Positions 51,318-63,862 of a stretch of 64,000 nt of DNA are shown piece after piece. Below the pieces are notes generated by a model. The model was not told the DNA's origin. It saw only the letters and a list, made by a program, of their open reading frames with translations, and searched no databases. Every line of letters begins with the position of its first letter. Position 1 is the first letter of the stretch. Origin of the DNA: Octopus bimaculoides (lineage: Eukaryota); the NCBI RefSeq assembly GCF_001194135.2, contig NC_068985.1, positions 20,920,835 to 20,984,834 on the forward strand. Reading direction: 5' to 3'. The position numbers and the translations under genes were made by a program.

Positions 51318-52282
51318 TGTGAATGAAAAAGCATTACATTTGACAGAATAATCTGAGTGCTAAACGGTTAAACATTAACTGCATTGGTCTTATCAATCTG
51401 AGAGGACTTGCAAAGGTTAAGAGACTTGTCCATCTTTCTGTGACTAATTTATGTTAGAAATAAAGATTTTAAAAAACAGTGGTATAAGTGGAATTTTGTG
51501 GCTAGATTTAATTTTCTTTAGCACATTTGAAAAATACTGATACTATAAAATAAATAAACATAATTAGTGAAGGCTGAAACTCTGCAAAAGCCTGAAGAAT
51601 ATTTGTACAATATGTGAACTTATTTGCTTGTTAGTTGCTTATATCAATTTGATGATGATTTTACTAACAGATTCCAGATAGCTTAAGGTAAGAAGCAGAA
51701 ATATTCAGATGCTGCTTGTAAAAAAAAGTGATGGACACATTTTAGGAATGTATAATATAAATTTCAAAAAATATTATAAAATGATGAAATATAATAGCCA
51801 GAGTTGAAACAAGCCCTCGGAACCTAGACTTACTTGATATCAATGGAAGATATGGCTAATGATAGATATTTAAAAGTACTAATTTCTATAATCTATCTAA
51901 TTTGCTATGACATGGAGGTAAGAAAATATTAATAATCATCATCATCGTCCAGTATTTTAAATCCAGGTTTTGTCCCCATTAATAGGGGTGGCCGGATCTA
52001 CCTCAGTGCCATAGCAACCAAGGCAGGCAGGTGCAGCCCACCCCAACCTTTGGGCTGGCTGGTGCCCATTCTCCTTTGCTATCTATCATCAGGCTCTTTT
52101 GGAGCTGGATTTTCTATGGGGAGCATGCCCTTGCTTACTCCCAACCTCAGTTGGTCCCAAGACCAAGGCCTCTACCACGATTTTTAAGAAACGTGGTGGA
52201 AAACTAGCTTAGGAAGGCAGGGACACTACTCTCTGAGACCCCTTTCGGAGCCCCCCTACCTATAATAATGATGTTGTTATAA

Positions 52283-52492
52283 GGTAGCAAGCCAACAGAA
52301 TTGTTACTTTGCTGGACAAAATGCTTTGCAGCATTTCTTCTGGCTCCTTACGATCTGAGTTCAAATGCTATTGAGGTTGGCTTGGTCTTTTATCTATTCA
52401 GGGTCAAAAAATAAGTACAATTTGAGCTTTGGAATTGTAATCAACTTCACCTGTCCCTCAAAATTGGTGGCCTTGTTCCAAAATTAGAAAAG
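52283..52492 (+). mobile_element. SINE family B, degenerate
   Basis: GATCTGAGTTCAAATGC..GGGTCAAAAAATAAGTAC..CCTCAAAATTGGTGGCCTTGTTCCAAAATTAGAAAAG. Confidence 0.75.
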
Positions 52493-53314
52493 AATAATAA
52501 TGTAGTTGACTAGCTCCTTTATAGCTAATAATTTATTCTCTTTTTCACTAAAAGTTTAAATTTTAGACAATTAAACTTTCTTGACTCAGTAAATTATGAT
52601 AGCACTGACTTTATTAGGATTGACATATCTTGTCTGGTGTGCTTATGGTTTCAGCATTTGTGAATGTCATTGAATATTTTAGCATATTATGACAGGTTGG
52701 CCTCATTCAAGAAATTGGTCAGACTAGCAAGAGACATTTAGAACTATTTATAATTGTAGCAAAATTTCACAAGGCCAATTCTGTAGTCTATCAATAAATC
52801 AATTCTTTTTCTCTTTATCAATCCTTATGCAACTTTGAAAAAAGTGTATTCAAGACAACGGGTGTTCATTTATTTCAAAGACTTTCCAACAACAACACTT
52901 CCTATAGAATTAGATAATAATAAATTCCTCAGCTGGAAGTATTATGAAAAACCTACAAATTCCATTCAAAATATTTATATATACACTTACAAAGTGTCTC
53001 AGTCTAATTTTTCTCATAATTCCTTCTGTAACTGAGTCAATAATCATACTAGAAAGTTTATACAAATGTGAGGTGTCCAAGTGAACTGTCTCCAGAAATA
53101 TATATGAGCAAGAATGACCTTACAGAAAATATACTCATGCAAATCTGGATGATTAGAGCTTAACCTTAACAATCAATGTTAAAATTTTAAACTGTAATTA
53201 CTTCAGTACCTTATCAAATCAATTCTCATTTTACTTAAATATTATCATCAACTTATACACATACGGAATATAAGCTGGCCAGTTTCAATTTTATATTATT
53301 TTATAGAGCACTAA

Positions 53315-53500
53315 GGCGGTGAGCTGGCCGGCATGTTAGTATTTTGCCCGTCGCTACGTTCTGAGTTCAAACTCTGCTGAGGTCAGCTTTGCTTTTCATC
53401 TTTTGGGGTCAATAAATTAAGTACCAGTTGCATACTGAGGTCAATCAAATCGACAGGCCCCTTCCCAAAAAATTTCAGGCCTTGTTCCAAAGTAGAAAGG
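53315..53500 (+). mobile_element. SINE family B with an exact 20-bp TSD
   Basis: TSD ATTATTTTATAGAGCACTAA at 53295-53314 and 53501-53520. Confidence 0.92.
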
Positions 53501-53975
53501 ATTATTTTATAGAGCACTAATCACATATTGGTCCATGCTGGTGTTTCACCCAAACATTTTAGACTCATTCCCCCTAAAATCAAGCATTTAGCTAATTTAC
53601 TAAGACACATAGAGTACAAAAAGTTTCAGCCATGATATTTTACTCCTGTTTCTACAGTTACTTCAGTGGTCTCTCATTTCTTTGGACTAGCAAGCTACTC
53701 ACCAATTCTGTACTGATCTACCTCACACATCATTCATTCTCCTTTTATAATTTAGTGACTGTGCAAAACACTTTACCAAGTATTTGATTCTCAGAGTGGT
53801 AGTTTCCTTGGAATTCCCTCTCCACAGATATCAACCTACAGATATCAACCTACAGAGTTACAACCCGACCATCATGCATATCAAAAAAATCTATCAGTTT
53901 TAGGGAGACTACAAAGATCATAGTTCCTCCTCCTCTAACAGCAAGATTCTAGATGGTCTGCAAGGCTCCATGTTC

Positions 53976-55920
53976 TGTAACTATAGAAATAAATATTGCC
54001 CACACCGCAATATTGTGCAAGACTTTCAAAAATAAGCACTTTCAAAATGACAACTTAAAATAACTACACATGTATTTTTGGTTGTCTCCTTTGTATCACA
54101 AAATAACATATTTTTTAAAGCTATGATGTCTCTTAGATAAGTAGAATAAAATATCCTAATTAGTGACACAAAGTATATTACACCTAATATTTTTGATGAA
54201 CCAACAAGGAAGTCTCTACATATTCATTTTATCTGCCATAAATAGAAGCTAGATTTCCTTCAAATCATACCTTATTTTCTTAAAAAGAGAAACATAGTAT
54301 TGTATCCAGGATAGTGCAGGATACACTATGCTTTAAATAAAGATTTGAATATTTTTGTTCAAAAAGTCTATTCAACCTGGACAGTTACTTGACTAAATAG
54401 CAGCAGAAATAGTTTCAAATTTTAGTACAATGCCAGCAATTTTCATGGAAGTTAGTCAATTACATTGACCCTAGTACTCAACTAGTATTTATTTTGTCAA
54501 CCCTTAAAGAACGAAAGGCAATAACCATAACTGAATATATAACTATCAATATACTTACTAACACACCTCATCATCATACTTATCTAACATCTATTCTTGC
54601 TGAGATGTGTCGGACAGTTTGACAGGAGGTGGCCAGCTGCAGAGCTGCCCCAAACTCTATTTGTCTGTTTTCACAAATGGTTTCTATGGGTGGATGCCCT
54701 TCCTATTGCCAACTTCATTACAGAGGGTACTTGGTGCTTTTATATGGCACCAGCATGGGCACTTTTACATGACACTGGCATGGGCACTTTTATGTGACAC
54801 CAGCGTGGGTGATTTTATGTGGTACTGGCACAGGTGCCTTTATGTGGCACCAACACTCACGAGACTAGGATCTCTCACCTGAGAGAGGAATGTAGAGGAC
54901 ATGCCTGTATGCATGGACATCCACAATTTTACTTAGCTTGATATGTCTTCTCAAGCACAGCAAACTATCAGAAGTTTCAATTCTTTGTCATCTCCTCTGT
55001 GCAGCCCAATGTCTGAAGGTCCATTCTCACCACTTCGTCCTCCATTTATATACATATATATATATATCTATGTATGTATGTTTGTATAGATTGTTTGAAG
55101 TGGTGTGTACAAATATTATATATTAAGAAGGAGGTAGTCAGGATTTGGATAAAAACTATCTATTTAGTGCTTTCATCCCTTTGAGGGATTCATCATGAAA
55201 AATGTTTTTATTGAGAATCCATACCTTTTATATATGTGCAAGTTAGGTGAAAAAAATCTTAAGTTTAATTTGTTTTCTTGAGTTTTCGGAATATATATAT
55301 ANNNNNNNNNNNNNNNNNNNNNNNNNNNNNNNNNNNNNNNNNNNNNNNNNNNNNNNNNNNNNNNNNNNNNNNNNNNNNNNNNNNNNNNNNNNNNNNNNNN
55401 NNNNNNNNNNNNNNNNNNNNNNNNNNNNNNNNNNNNNNNNNNNNNNNNNNNNNNNNNNNNNNNNNNNNNNNNNNNNNNNNNNNNNNNNNNNNNNNTTAAA
55501 TTAATATCTTTTATGTTATTTATCATTACTAAAAATTCTATAAAAGAAACCAGACGGTAAGCCCCAGGCCATCTAAGAAAATAAAGCAGAAAAATTTCTG
55601 TTTATAGCTAATTATAGACATTGTGTTTATTCTTTTCTTTTTCTTTTCCTTAATTTAACCAGAACTAGAAATCTAAAAGTTTTTTTCTGACCCATATTAC
55701 AGCTTATATTGTGGCTGAATATTAGAAATAACCATTCTTCTATTGATGCCACACTCACTGAATTAGTGAGTTTGCATTCTAAATGTGCTTTGTTCAGTAG
55801 TAATCTAAATATGCTTTGTTCAATCATAATCTTCTAAATATGCTTCAATAATTATAATCACTTGAATCTTATAACACTTACTGAAAACAAATACACACTC
55901 ACACATATGTGTGTATGTGT

Positions 55921-55955
<35 letters not shown>

Positions 55956-56472
55956 CAGATATATGTATGTATGTATATATGATTATTTATACAGTCCCCA
56001 AGGTTGATAATGTCATAAATTGGAGTTATACCAAATGGTAACATAATATCTTTGTGTGGGTTATTAGTGATAAACCATATGATCATCAGATGACTAAAAA
56101 ATACACATGTAGTCATTTACATGGCCATTCTTGTCATGTGCAACATTGTACAGGAGGATATTTTACTTCTAAGGCAGTGGGTTGCTAGCCTTGAACAATT
56201 TTCATTATTTATTTATATTGTCAATAAAAATTAACAGTATAGAGTTTATTTGATTTCACAGGAAATCAGTGGTAAAGAAGATAAATGTATGAAGACAACT
56301 AAAAGAGAATGAACTCATAAAGATTTAAAACAACTAAACCCTGGACAGTATGCACGGTTCCATATGTAACTATAGAAATAGATATTCCTCTACTACACAA
56401 TATTGTGCAAGACAAGGAAATGAGCATTTCCAAAATGAAATCTAAAATAACTTCACATGTGTAATTTTTGGT
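53976..56472. repeat. Pair of diverged direct repeats of about 107 bp (53976-54082, 56365-56472)
   Basis: Shared blocks TGTAACTATAGAAATA, CAATATTGTGCAAGAC, CAAAATGA, AAAATAACT, CACATGT and TTTTTGGT. Confidence 0.75.
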
Positions 56473-57663
56473 CATCTGATGAGTTCACATTGAGATGCAA
56501 CCATTTGTTGAAACTCTGAATAACAACATTACCATTTCTGGGTACTATATAAATCATAAATTTCAATCAACATTGTATTGGGCTTTTCTCTTTGCCTAAT
56601 GTTATTCCTATTACAAAATATGAGTATGTATGTATGCTCGTGTGAGTACATGTGTACAATTTTGATCGTCATTGGTGACATTTAAAACGTACCATTGAGA
56701 AATTTATATTTAATTCTGCTGAGCAGTCTTTCATGACATATCTCCATCCATATACATACATCCACATATATATCTTGTAATGTAAAAGTTGTAAAAACTA
56801 TAAAAATATATTTTACATAGTGCAAACATGTAATGTATAAGACCAATTAGTTGAGTTGAGTGGGTAGATAAACTGTTGTAGCCAAATTCGACAGTCTACT
56901 CTGAGTTTCATCCTTATCTGGGTTGTTCATAGACGGTGAATATTCAATATATTATAATATATACAGAGAGAAAAATAGATAGATAGATAGATAGATTCTT
57001 TTTAGTCTTATAAAGAGAAAAACAACTAGTTTTAAATCTCAAAGCGAGAAATATGTAGTAACAATACTACACAGTAAAGTCTATTTGCCAACACAATGTG
57101 GCAGTCCTACGCAGGATGATGTTACTACTTTTTAGCCCTAGAAAAACATCTTTTCCAACTGTCTACCAAAACATGGTCTGTGTCCATATACTGTGAGCAA
57201 GGGAGTCTATTGTTCCCTTTCTAGCCTTAGTGATATCTGTAGACCAATGGTTCTTGGGTTATTTCTCTTCCTTAGTACAGGACTATCACCCACTAGAGAT
57301 GGCAGCCACTCGACCTTGCTCACAGTATATACTTTTAAAGTAACACACAGTCGCTGATCTCATAAAGAGAAAACTTTTAAACTAGTTTTAAATCTCTGAA
57401 CAAGAAACATGTAGACTTTTTTGTCTTTTTTCTTTAATTCTTTTACTAGTTTCAGTTAATGAGTTTCATATATGCTGGGGCACTGTCTTCAAAGATTTTA
57501 GGCAGTCATATTGACTCCAGTACATATTTTCTGGTATTTATTTTATCACTCATTATTTATTAAATGGGTAAGTTCTACTTTTGTAGTGTAAATGTATATA
57601 ACTCAATACTCCAATTTAAACCAATATGCACAAACACAATAACAGACATACATGTATGTATGT

Positions 57664-57717
<54 letters not shown>

Positions 57718-58272
57718 GTATTTGGTACTGAGTCTGCATGGTTTAAAACAGTACACTGCTAGATAGATATCAAGTATTGCAACCACTTTAGAATTCAGTA
57801 GACTTTGATACAATTAAATATCAAATCAGATTAATCAAATGAATAGGTGTTTTATATGTCAAAAATGACTATCAAAATGCAATTACATGTTTCAGCATAC
57901 AATCTTGACTTAAATTCTCAGCATAAAAATACAAAAAAAAAGACAATAAATATATAATATATTTTTGAGTGAACTTAACTTGCTAATAATTACTTATATG
58001 ATTTCTTTCTGATAATCTTAACAATGATCTATGGGAAAAAAACTACTGACATCCATTGTCTTCATTTTTTAGGTTTCTTATCTGATTTTCTTTTTTTTTG
58101 TATATTTTACTTCAACATGTTATTGTGACATGTCTCTTGTTATATATGCTATTATCTATTATTTTTTCCTCTTTCCTTTATCATCATTATCTCTTTTTCT
58201 CTAAATATACATTTATACAAATATATTTGTATTGTAGTCTGTTTAAACATATCACTCATACTCACTCACTTC

Positions 58273-58307
<35 letters not shown>

Positions 58308-58324
58308 TACATATATATATATCT

Positions 58325-58824
58325 GTTACTTATTCCAGTTATTAGACTGCAGCAATGCTGAGGTATCACCTTGAAGAATCTTTAATTGAATGTATTGACA
58401 CCAGTACTTATTCTTTTAAACATGACACTTATTCTCTCAGTCTCTTTTGCTAAACTGCTATGGTATGGGGATGTAAACACACCAGCACCAGTTATCAGGT
58501 GGTGGTGTAGGGCAGTGCTTCTCAAACTATCTGATGTAGTGTACCAGCAGTTTTTTTTTTCCAACGTTCCATGGACTGGTAATATTTCTTGGCAAATATA
58601 TGTAATAGATATGATAAAAGTTGACAATTTTTTTAAATCTTATTTATTTTGTAAACAAATAATACAATATTACATAAGCATTTTATAAGCATGTTATAAC
58701 GTTTCTTTCTCTTCTGGAAACTCACTGCGTACTGACAGCTGATGGCTCATGGACCAGCACCAGTCCACAGACCACCGTTTTGAGCAGCACTGGTGTAGGG
58801 GACAATCACAGACACAAAGACACA

Positions 58825-58869
<45 letters not shown>

Positions 58870-59070
58870 NNNNNNNNNNTATATATATATACACACACAC
58901 ACTTATATACGACAAGCTTCTTTCAGTTTCCGTTTACTAAATCCACTCACAAGGCTTTGGTTGGTCTGAGACTATAGTAGAAGACACTTGCCAAAGTTGC
59001 CATGCAGTGTGACTGAACATGGAACCATGTGGTTGGGAAGCAAGCTTCTTACCACACCCATGCCTGTGCC
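58325..59070 (-). mobile_element. SINE family A, full length, interrupted by a hAT MITE
   Basis: 3' arm at 58325-58512, resuming at 58793 through the head at 59070. Confidence 0.85.
58513..58792. mobile_element. hAT MITE nested in a SINE
   Basis: TIRs CAGTGCTTCTCAAA / TTTGAGCAGCACTG; exact 8-bp TSD GTGTAGGG (58505-58512, 58793-58800). Confidence 0.9.
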
Positions 59071-59080
59071 TATCAATATA

Positions 59081-60333
59081 TTGGGTAATCCCATAAATAA
59101 TGCAATCTTTTTTCAGTTGCATGAACTAAAAGTCAGAGGAGCACAGGATAAACTACCTGCATCAAATTGCTATAAAAGCAGATAGTAATTTTACCTTGTA
59201 TTTATTCTTAGTGCAAGTTTTGAATAGTGCAGTTCGATTTTAACAGTTATTTTTTCAAAGCTATAATGGAAGTGACAAAGGAGCATATTAAGCATATTTT
59301 GCTTTATGAGTTCAATAACGGTAACAACGCAATGGAAAGTGCAAGGAATATTAATGCAGTATATGAGGATCGGACAGTAAGTGTAAGCCAGTGCCAATAA
59401 AGGTTCCAGAAATTATGAGCCAGAAACTACAGCCTAGAAGACAAGCTTCGTCCTGGAAGATCTGTAGAGCTCGACGAGGCTGTTCTGCAAACGCTGGTGG
59501 AACAAAATCTCATCGTAAATGTTGAGGAACTAGTAGAGAAGCTTGGATTTGGTCATTCAACCATTCATCACATGCCCTCAGAAAAGTCAGCAAATTTTCC
59601 ATGTCTAATCGAGCATAGAGAGTGAATGTGTGTCCTTTGCTGTCACATCTCACGAATGAACCTTATTTGGCCCAAATAGTGACTGGTGACGAGTAGTGGA
59701 TTCTCTATAAAAATGTCAAGTGCCAAAGACAGTGGTAGGGAATGGAGAAACACCAGCACCCCAGGCTAAAGAAGATCTTCACCCATGTAAGGTGTTGTTA
59801 TTTGTTCGGTGGGATATGAAAGGTTTAGTCCACTTTGAACTTTTAAACCCAAACTAAACGATAACAAAGAAGATCTACTGCAAACAGCTTGAGCAGCTTA
59901 AGTCAGTGCTAGAAGAAAAACAACCATCTTTGGTTTCAAGACAAAAGGTGTTCTTCCATCAGGATAATGCTCGGCCACATACAGTGAGGATAACATTCCA
60001 AAGGCTTGAGCAGTTTGAATGGGAAACGGTGCTCCATCCATCATATTCGCCAGACATTGCCATATCTAATTATCATTTACTACGCAGTCTTCAAAATCAT
60101 TTGGACAGAAAAAAACATGAATTCTGTGGACGAGGTCAGAACAGTACTGGAGGAGTATTTTTCGTCACAGACAAGTAAATTTTGGAAGAGGGGCCTTGCA
60201 AGTCTAAAAGATAGATGGAAGAGCATTGTAGAAATTGAAGGAGAGTATATTTTAGATTAAAAAGAACTTTGTTTATCTTAATTTTGAAAAATAAAAGAAG
60301 TATAAAAATAGCATTATTTATGGGATGATCCAA
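59081..60333 (+). mobile_element. Near full-length mariner (DD34D) transposon, inactivated
   Basis: TIRs TTGGGTAATCCCATAAATAATGC / GCATTATTTATGGGATGATCCAA flanked by TA. Transposase runs from ATG 59266 to TAA 60260 with IVTGDE, HQDNARPH and YSPDIA motifs; stops, frameshifts and an internal deletion. Confidence 0.93.
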
Positions 60334-61455
60334 TATATATATATACATATATTTAAAGTGAATGAGCACAAATATACTTCTATAAATATATATTTAGAGA
60401 AAGGGAGATAATATATATGTGTGCGTGCGTGTGTGTGTGTGTGTGTTTGTTTTTATGTTCTGTTATAATGAAAAAAAATTTACATTAATATAATGGTTTA
60501 TTCTATGTGTCTGTAGAGTACAAATTTATTCTTTTTAAACAAAAATATTGTTNNNNNNNNNNNNNNNNNNNNNNNNNNNNNNNNNNNNNNNNNNNNNNNN
60601 NNNNNNNNNNNNNNNNNNNNNNNNNNNNNNNNNNNNNNNNNNNNNNNNNNNNNNNNNNNNNNNNNNNNNNNNNNNNNNNNNNNNNNNNNNNNNNNNNNNN
60701 NNNNNNNNNNNNNNNNNNNNNNNNNNNNNNNNNNNNNNNNNNNNNNNNNNNNNNNNNNNNNNNNNNNNNNNNNNNNNNNNNNNNNNNNNNNNNNNNNNNN
60801 NNNNNNNNNNNNNNNNNNNNNNNNNNNNNNNNNNNNNNNNNNNNNNNNNNNNNNNNNNNNNNNNNNNNNNNNNNNNNNNNNNNNNNNNNNNNNNNNNNNN
60901 NNNNNNNNNNNNNNNNNNNNNNNNNNNNNNNNNNNNNNNNNNNNNNNNNNAGATATATTAAAAAATTATTTACTTAAAACATCCTTACAAGTGTTTCAGT
61001 AACAGATTACACAAAGATATTCATATATTCATGTTGGTGTATGATGTGCACCTGAACTTGCATTTTGCAAGCATCATTTTATATGTTTATGTGTGTGTGT
61101 TTAGTTAAAACAGGTAAAACGATCTTTTTTTTTTTAAGTATAGTTATTCTTCAATAATAATAAACAAACAATATAATCAATGTTTCAAATCTCATTACAT
61201 GTTTTAGGACATTATAATTGAAAATTGACTCAGTTTTTGTCTTTCGATTTTTGTTATGTTTTGTTCTAAACTTTTGTTGTAAAATCTTTGTATTTAAAGT
61301 CATACTATTGTCTTTAATTTCTTTCTTTACAGAGATTTTATGAATTTTCGTTTATACATGTTCACTTATGACTCATCTATTCATATTCTAAATGCCATGC
61401 TCATACATATACACACATAATTTTACCTGCATATTTGTACCCAAAACATTAAAAG

Positions 61456-61581
61456 GTACTTTGTTCTTACATGCACACAGGTGAGTGTGCAAAGCTAAAT
61501 AAGTACTAATATTTATACTAGCATTATACTTTTATTACTCATGCACACAAATACAAATATACAGGTCACTAGCTGACTAAT
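61456..61581. repeat. 126-bp segment duplicated in inverted orientation at 63551-63676
   Basis: Reverse-complement match with 1 mismatch (ATGCAC vs ACGCAC). Confidence 0.95.
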
Positions 61582-62515
61582 TGAATTTGATATCATTTGT
61601 GGCTGCATCTTTTCTCTTGTAAAAATATCTTCAAAAATTACTTAAGTATATTACCTGTATTTATATATATATATATATATTGCTTTCTTAAAACTGACAT
61701 CTCAACTGATATATAATAATGTTGTTTTTGGCGAGCTGACCCACATCAGCATGTGACAATTATTCAGTGTATCGTTTGATGATAGAAGTAAAAAAAAACA
61801 AAACAAATGAATCTTTGCAGTTTGACTTGTATAAAGAGAAGAGCATCTTGATATGCTAGTTACTCCATGTATAACAGAAGTTCAATTTTCCAGAACCAAC
61901 TATTTAATATGAAAACACTTAAGATAGGTAGCATCTCAAGTGAGCTATACAAATTGTACAAGTATAGAGGCATCTAGTTAACAAGAATTAGACAACTCAT
62001 ACTGTGTTGTTGTATGATACATGCTGGTTTGGATCACTTCCCAAATGCTCCTCTGCAAAAAGAAAAGCAAAACTGAACTGCAACAAATGATAGGCAGTTT
62101 TCTTTTCTCTCCATTAATAATAAACCATTGGCTTTTATAATTATTTCAATGGATATAGTCTGCTCAAAGCTTTTGTACAGTCTTACTTTAGAACACACCT
62201 ATTTGGATATTATCATCAGCCTGAATAAGGCCTAGGATAAACTCAGAGTGACCATACAAACCTAAGGTACACTCATATATACAGACAGACAGTCTGAAAG
62301 TTACTCTTTATCATTATAGCTAAAATACTTGTTTTCTCTTCTTATATGTTGTGGAGAAAATGCTTTGAAATTACAAATGTCATAAAATAATCAGGTTGAT
62401 TTAGTATGGACATGAAAAGCATATAAATGAACCTCATGGGAAAGCATGTTTTGAGCTGGTGAAGTGAGGTACTTGTAAAAGAGGCAGATAAAATATGACA
62501 TTGGAAGAATTCTCT

Positions 62516-62742
62516 TTTACTCTTATGTTTTTACTTGTTTCAGTCATTTGACTGTGGCCATGCTGGAGCATCGCCTTTAGTCGAACAAATCAACCCCAGG
62601 ACTTATTCTTTGTGAGCCTAGTACTTATTCTATCGGTCTCTTTTGCCGAACCGCTAATTTACGGGGGACGTACACACCAGCATCGATTGTCAAGTGACGT
62701 TGGGGGGACAAACACAGACACACATACATATACACACACACA

Positions 62743-62789
<47 letters not shown>

Positions 62790-62884
62790 GACGGGCTTCT
62801 TTCAGTTTCCGTCTACCAAATCCACTCACAAGGCTTTGGTCAGCCTGAGGCTATAATAGAAGACACTTGCCCAAGGTGCCACGC
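62516..62884 (-). mobile_element. SINE family A, 5'-truncated, well preserved
   Basis: TTTCAGTCATTTGACTGTGGCCATGCTGGAGC..GACACTTGCCCAAGGTGCCACGCA. Confidence 0.9.
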
Positions 62885-62975
62885 ATGTGATATTCATATC
62901 AGATGAACATTTGACCTCTACAACTGGATATTTTCAAAACAATAATTAATTTATGTCAATATTTAATTTTTATTT

Positions 62976-63117
62976 CTAAGTTCAAATTCTGCCGAGGTCG
63001 ACTTTGTCCTTTATTCTTTCAGAGTCGATAAATTAAGTACCAGGTGCGTACTGGGGTCGATCTAATCAACTAGCCCCCTCCCCCAAAATTTCGGGCCTTG
63101 TGCCTAGAGTAGGAAAG
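62976..63117 (+). mobile_element. SINE family B, 5'-truncated
   Basis: TCTAAGTTCAAATTCTGCCGAGGTCGAC..GGCCTTGTGCCTAGAGTAGGAAAG; AATATTTAATT repeated on both flanks. Confidence 0.85.
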
Positions 63118-63293
63118 AATATTTAATTACTATGCTATTTTGATTCGACATGACATTTCGTCTTTCATTTTAAAACACTTTAAAATCTCTCAACCTCTAA
63201 ATCTACTTGCTTGCCTTCCATCTCTTTTATTCTACTTCTTCCAATCAAATACAAATTTCTAACCCTGCCATACATTATAAAGAAATGATTATC

Positions 63294-63862
63294 TTCTCTG
63301 TAATATTTCGTATGTGTATTTCGTGTGCAAGATTCTTGATGTGGATACGTGTGTTGAAAGAAATACAATTAAACCTTAGGAGAGGCATTATGCCGGTAAT
63401 AAACACACGCACTGGTTCAGTCCTTTATTAATTTATATAGTTTTTTGTTAAATTATTTCATTGCACTCTTGCAATCTCTTCAGTAACTTGTCTCTCCACT
63501 TCCATTTATTTTGAATATATGATTTGGTATTCTTTCTACTAATATATATCATTAGTCAGCTAGTGACCTGTATATTTGTATTTGTGTGCGTGAGTAATAA
63601 AAGTATAATGCTAGTATAAATATTAGTACTTATTTAGCTTTGCACACTCACCTGTGTGCATGTAAGAACAAAGTACAAAACAACGCCAGATCATATATTC
63701 AAAATAAATGGAAGTGGAGAGACAAGTTACTGAAGAGATTGCAAGAGTGCAATGAAATAATTTAACAAAAAACTATATAAATTAATAAAGGACTGAACCA
63801 GTGCGTGTGTTTATTACCGGCATAATGCCTCTCCCAAGGTTTAATTGTATTTCTCTGTAATA
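63294..63862. mobile_element. Composite bidirectional insertion: inverted arm, captured local DNA, forward arm, with 12-bp flanking direct repeat
   Basis: TTCTCTGTAATA at 63294-63305 and 63851-63862; arms at 63303-63523 (-) and 63678-63854 (+); filler at 63551-63676. Confidence 0.85.

Noticed and set aside
51671-51687. 17-nt segment with TACTAACAG acceptor and AAG/GTAAGA donor
   Set aside because: The signals are good, but phase 1 gives an immediate stop (DSR*) and phase 0 does not connect to the supported exons. It might be a poison or real microexon; RNA data are needed.
56262-56286. Possible 25-nt exon (EISGKEDK)
   Set aside because: Weak donor and a phase that cannot be linked to supported exons.
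56476-56525. CTGATGA...GAAA spacing (also at about 49296-49330)
   Set aside because: No convincing stem II, stem III or NUH with a closing stem I; chance match.
61333-61420. Strong acceptor TTTCTTTCTTTACAG
   Set aside because: Stop within 3 codons in phase 1 and no supporting donor or homology; a terminal-exon role cannot be shown from sequence alone.
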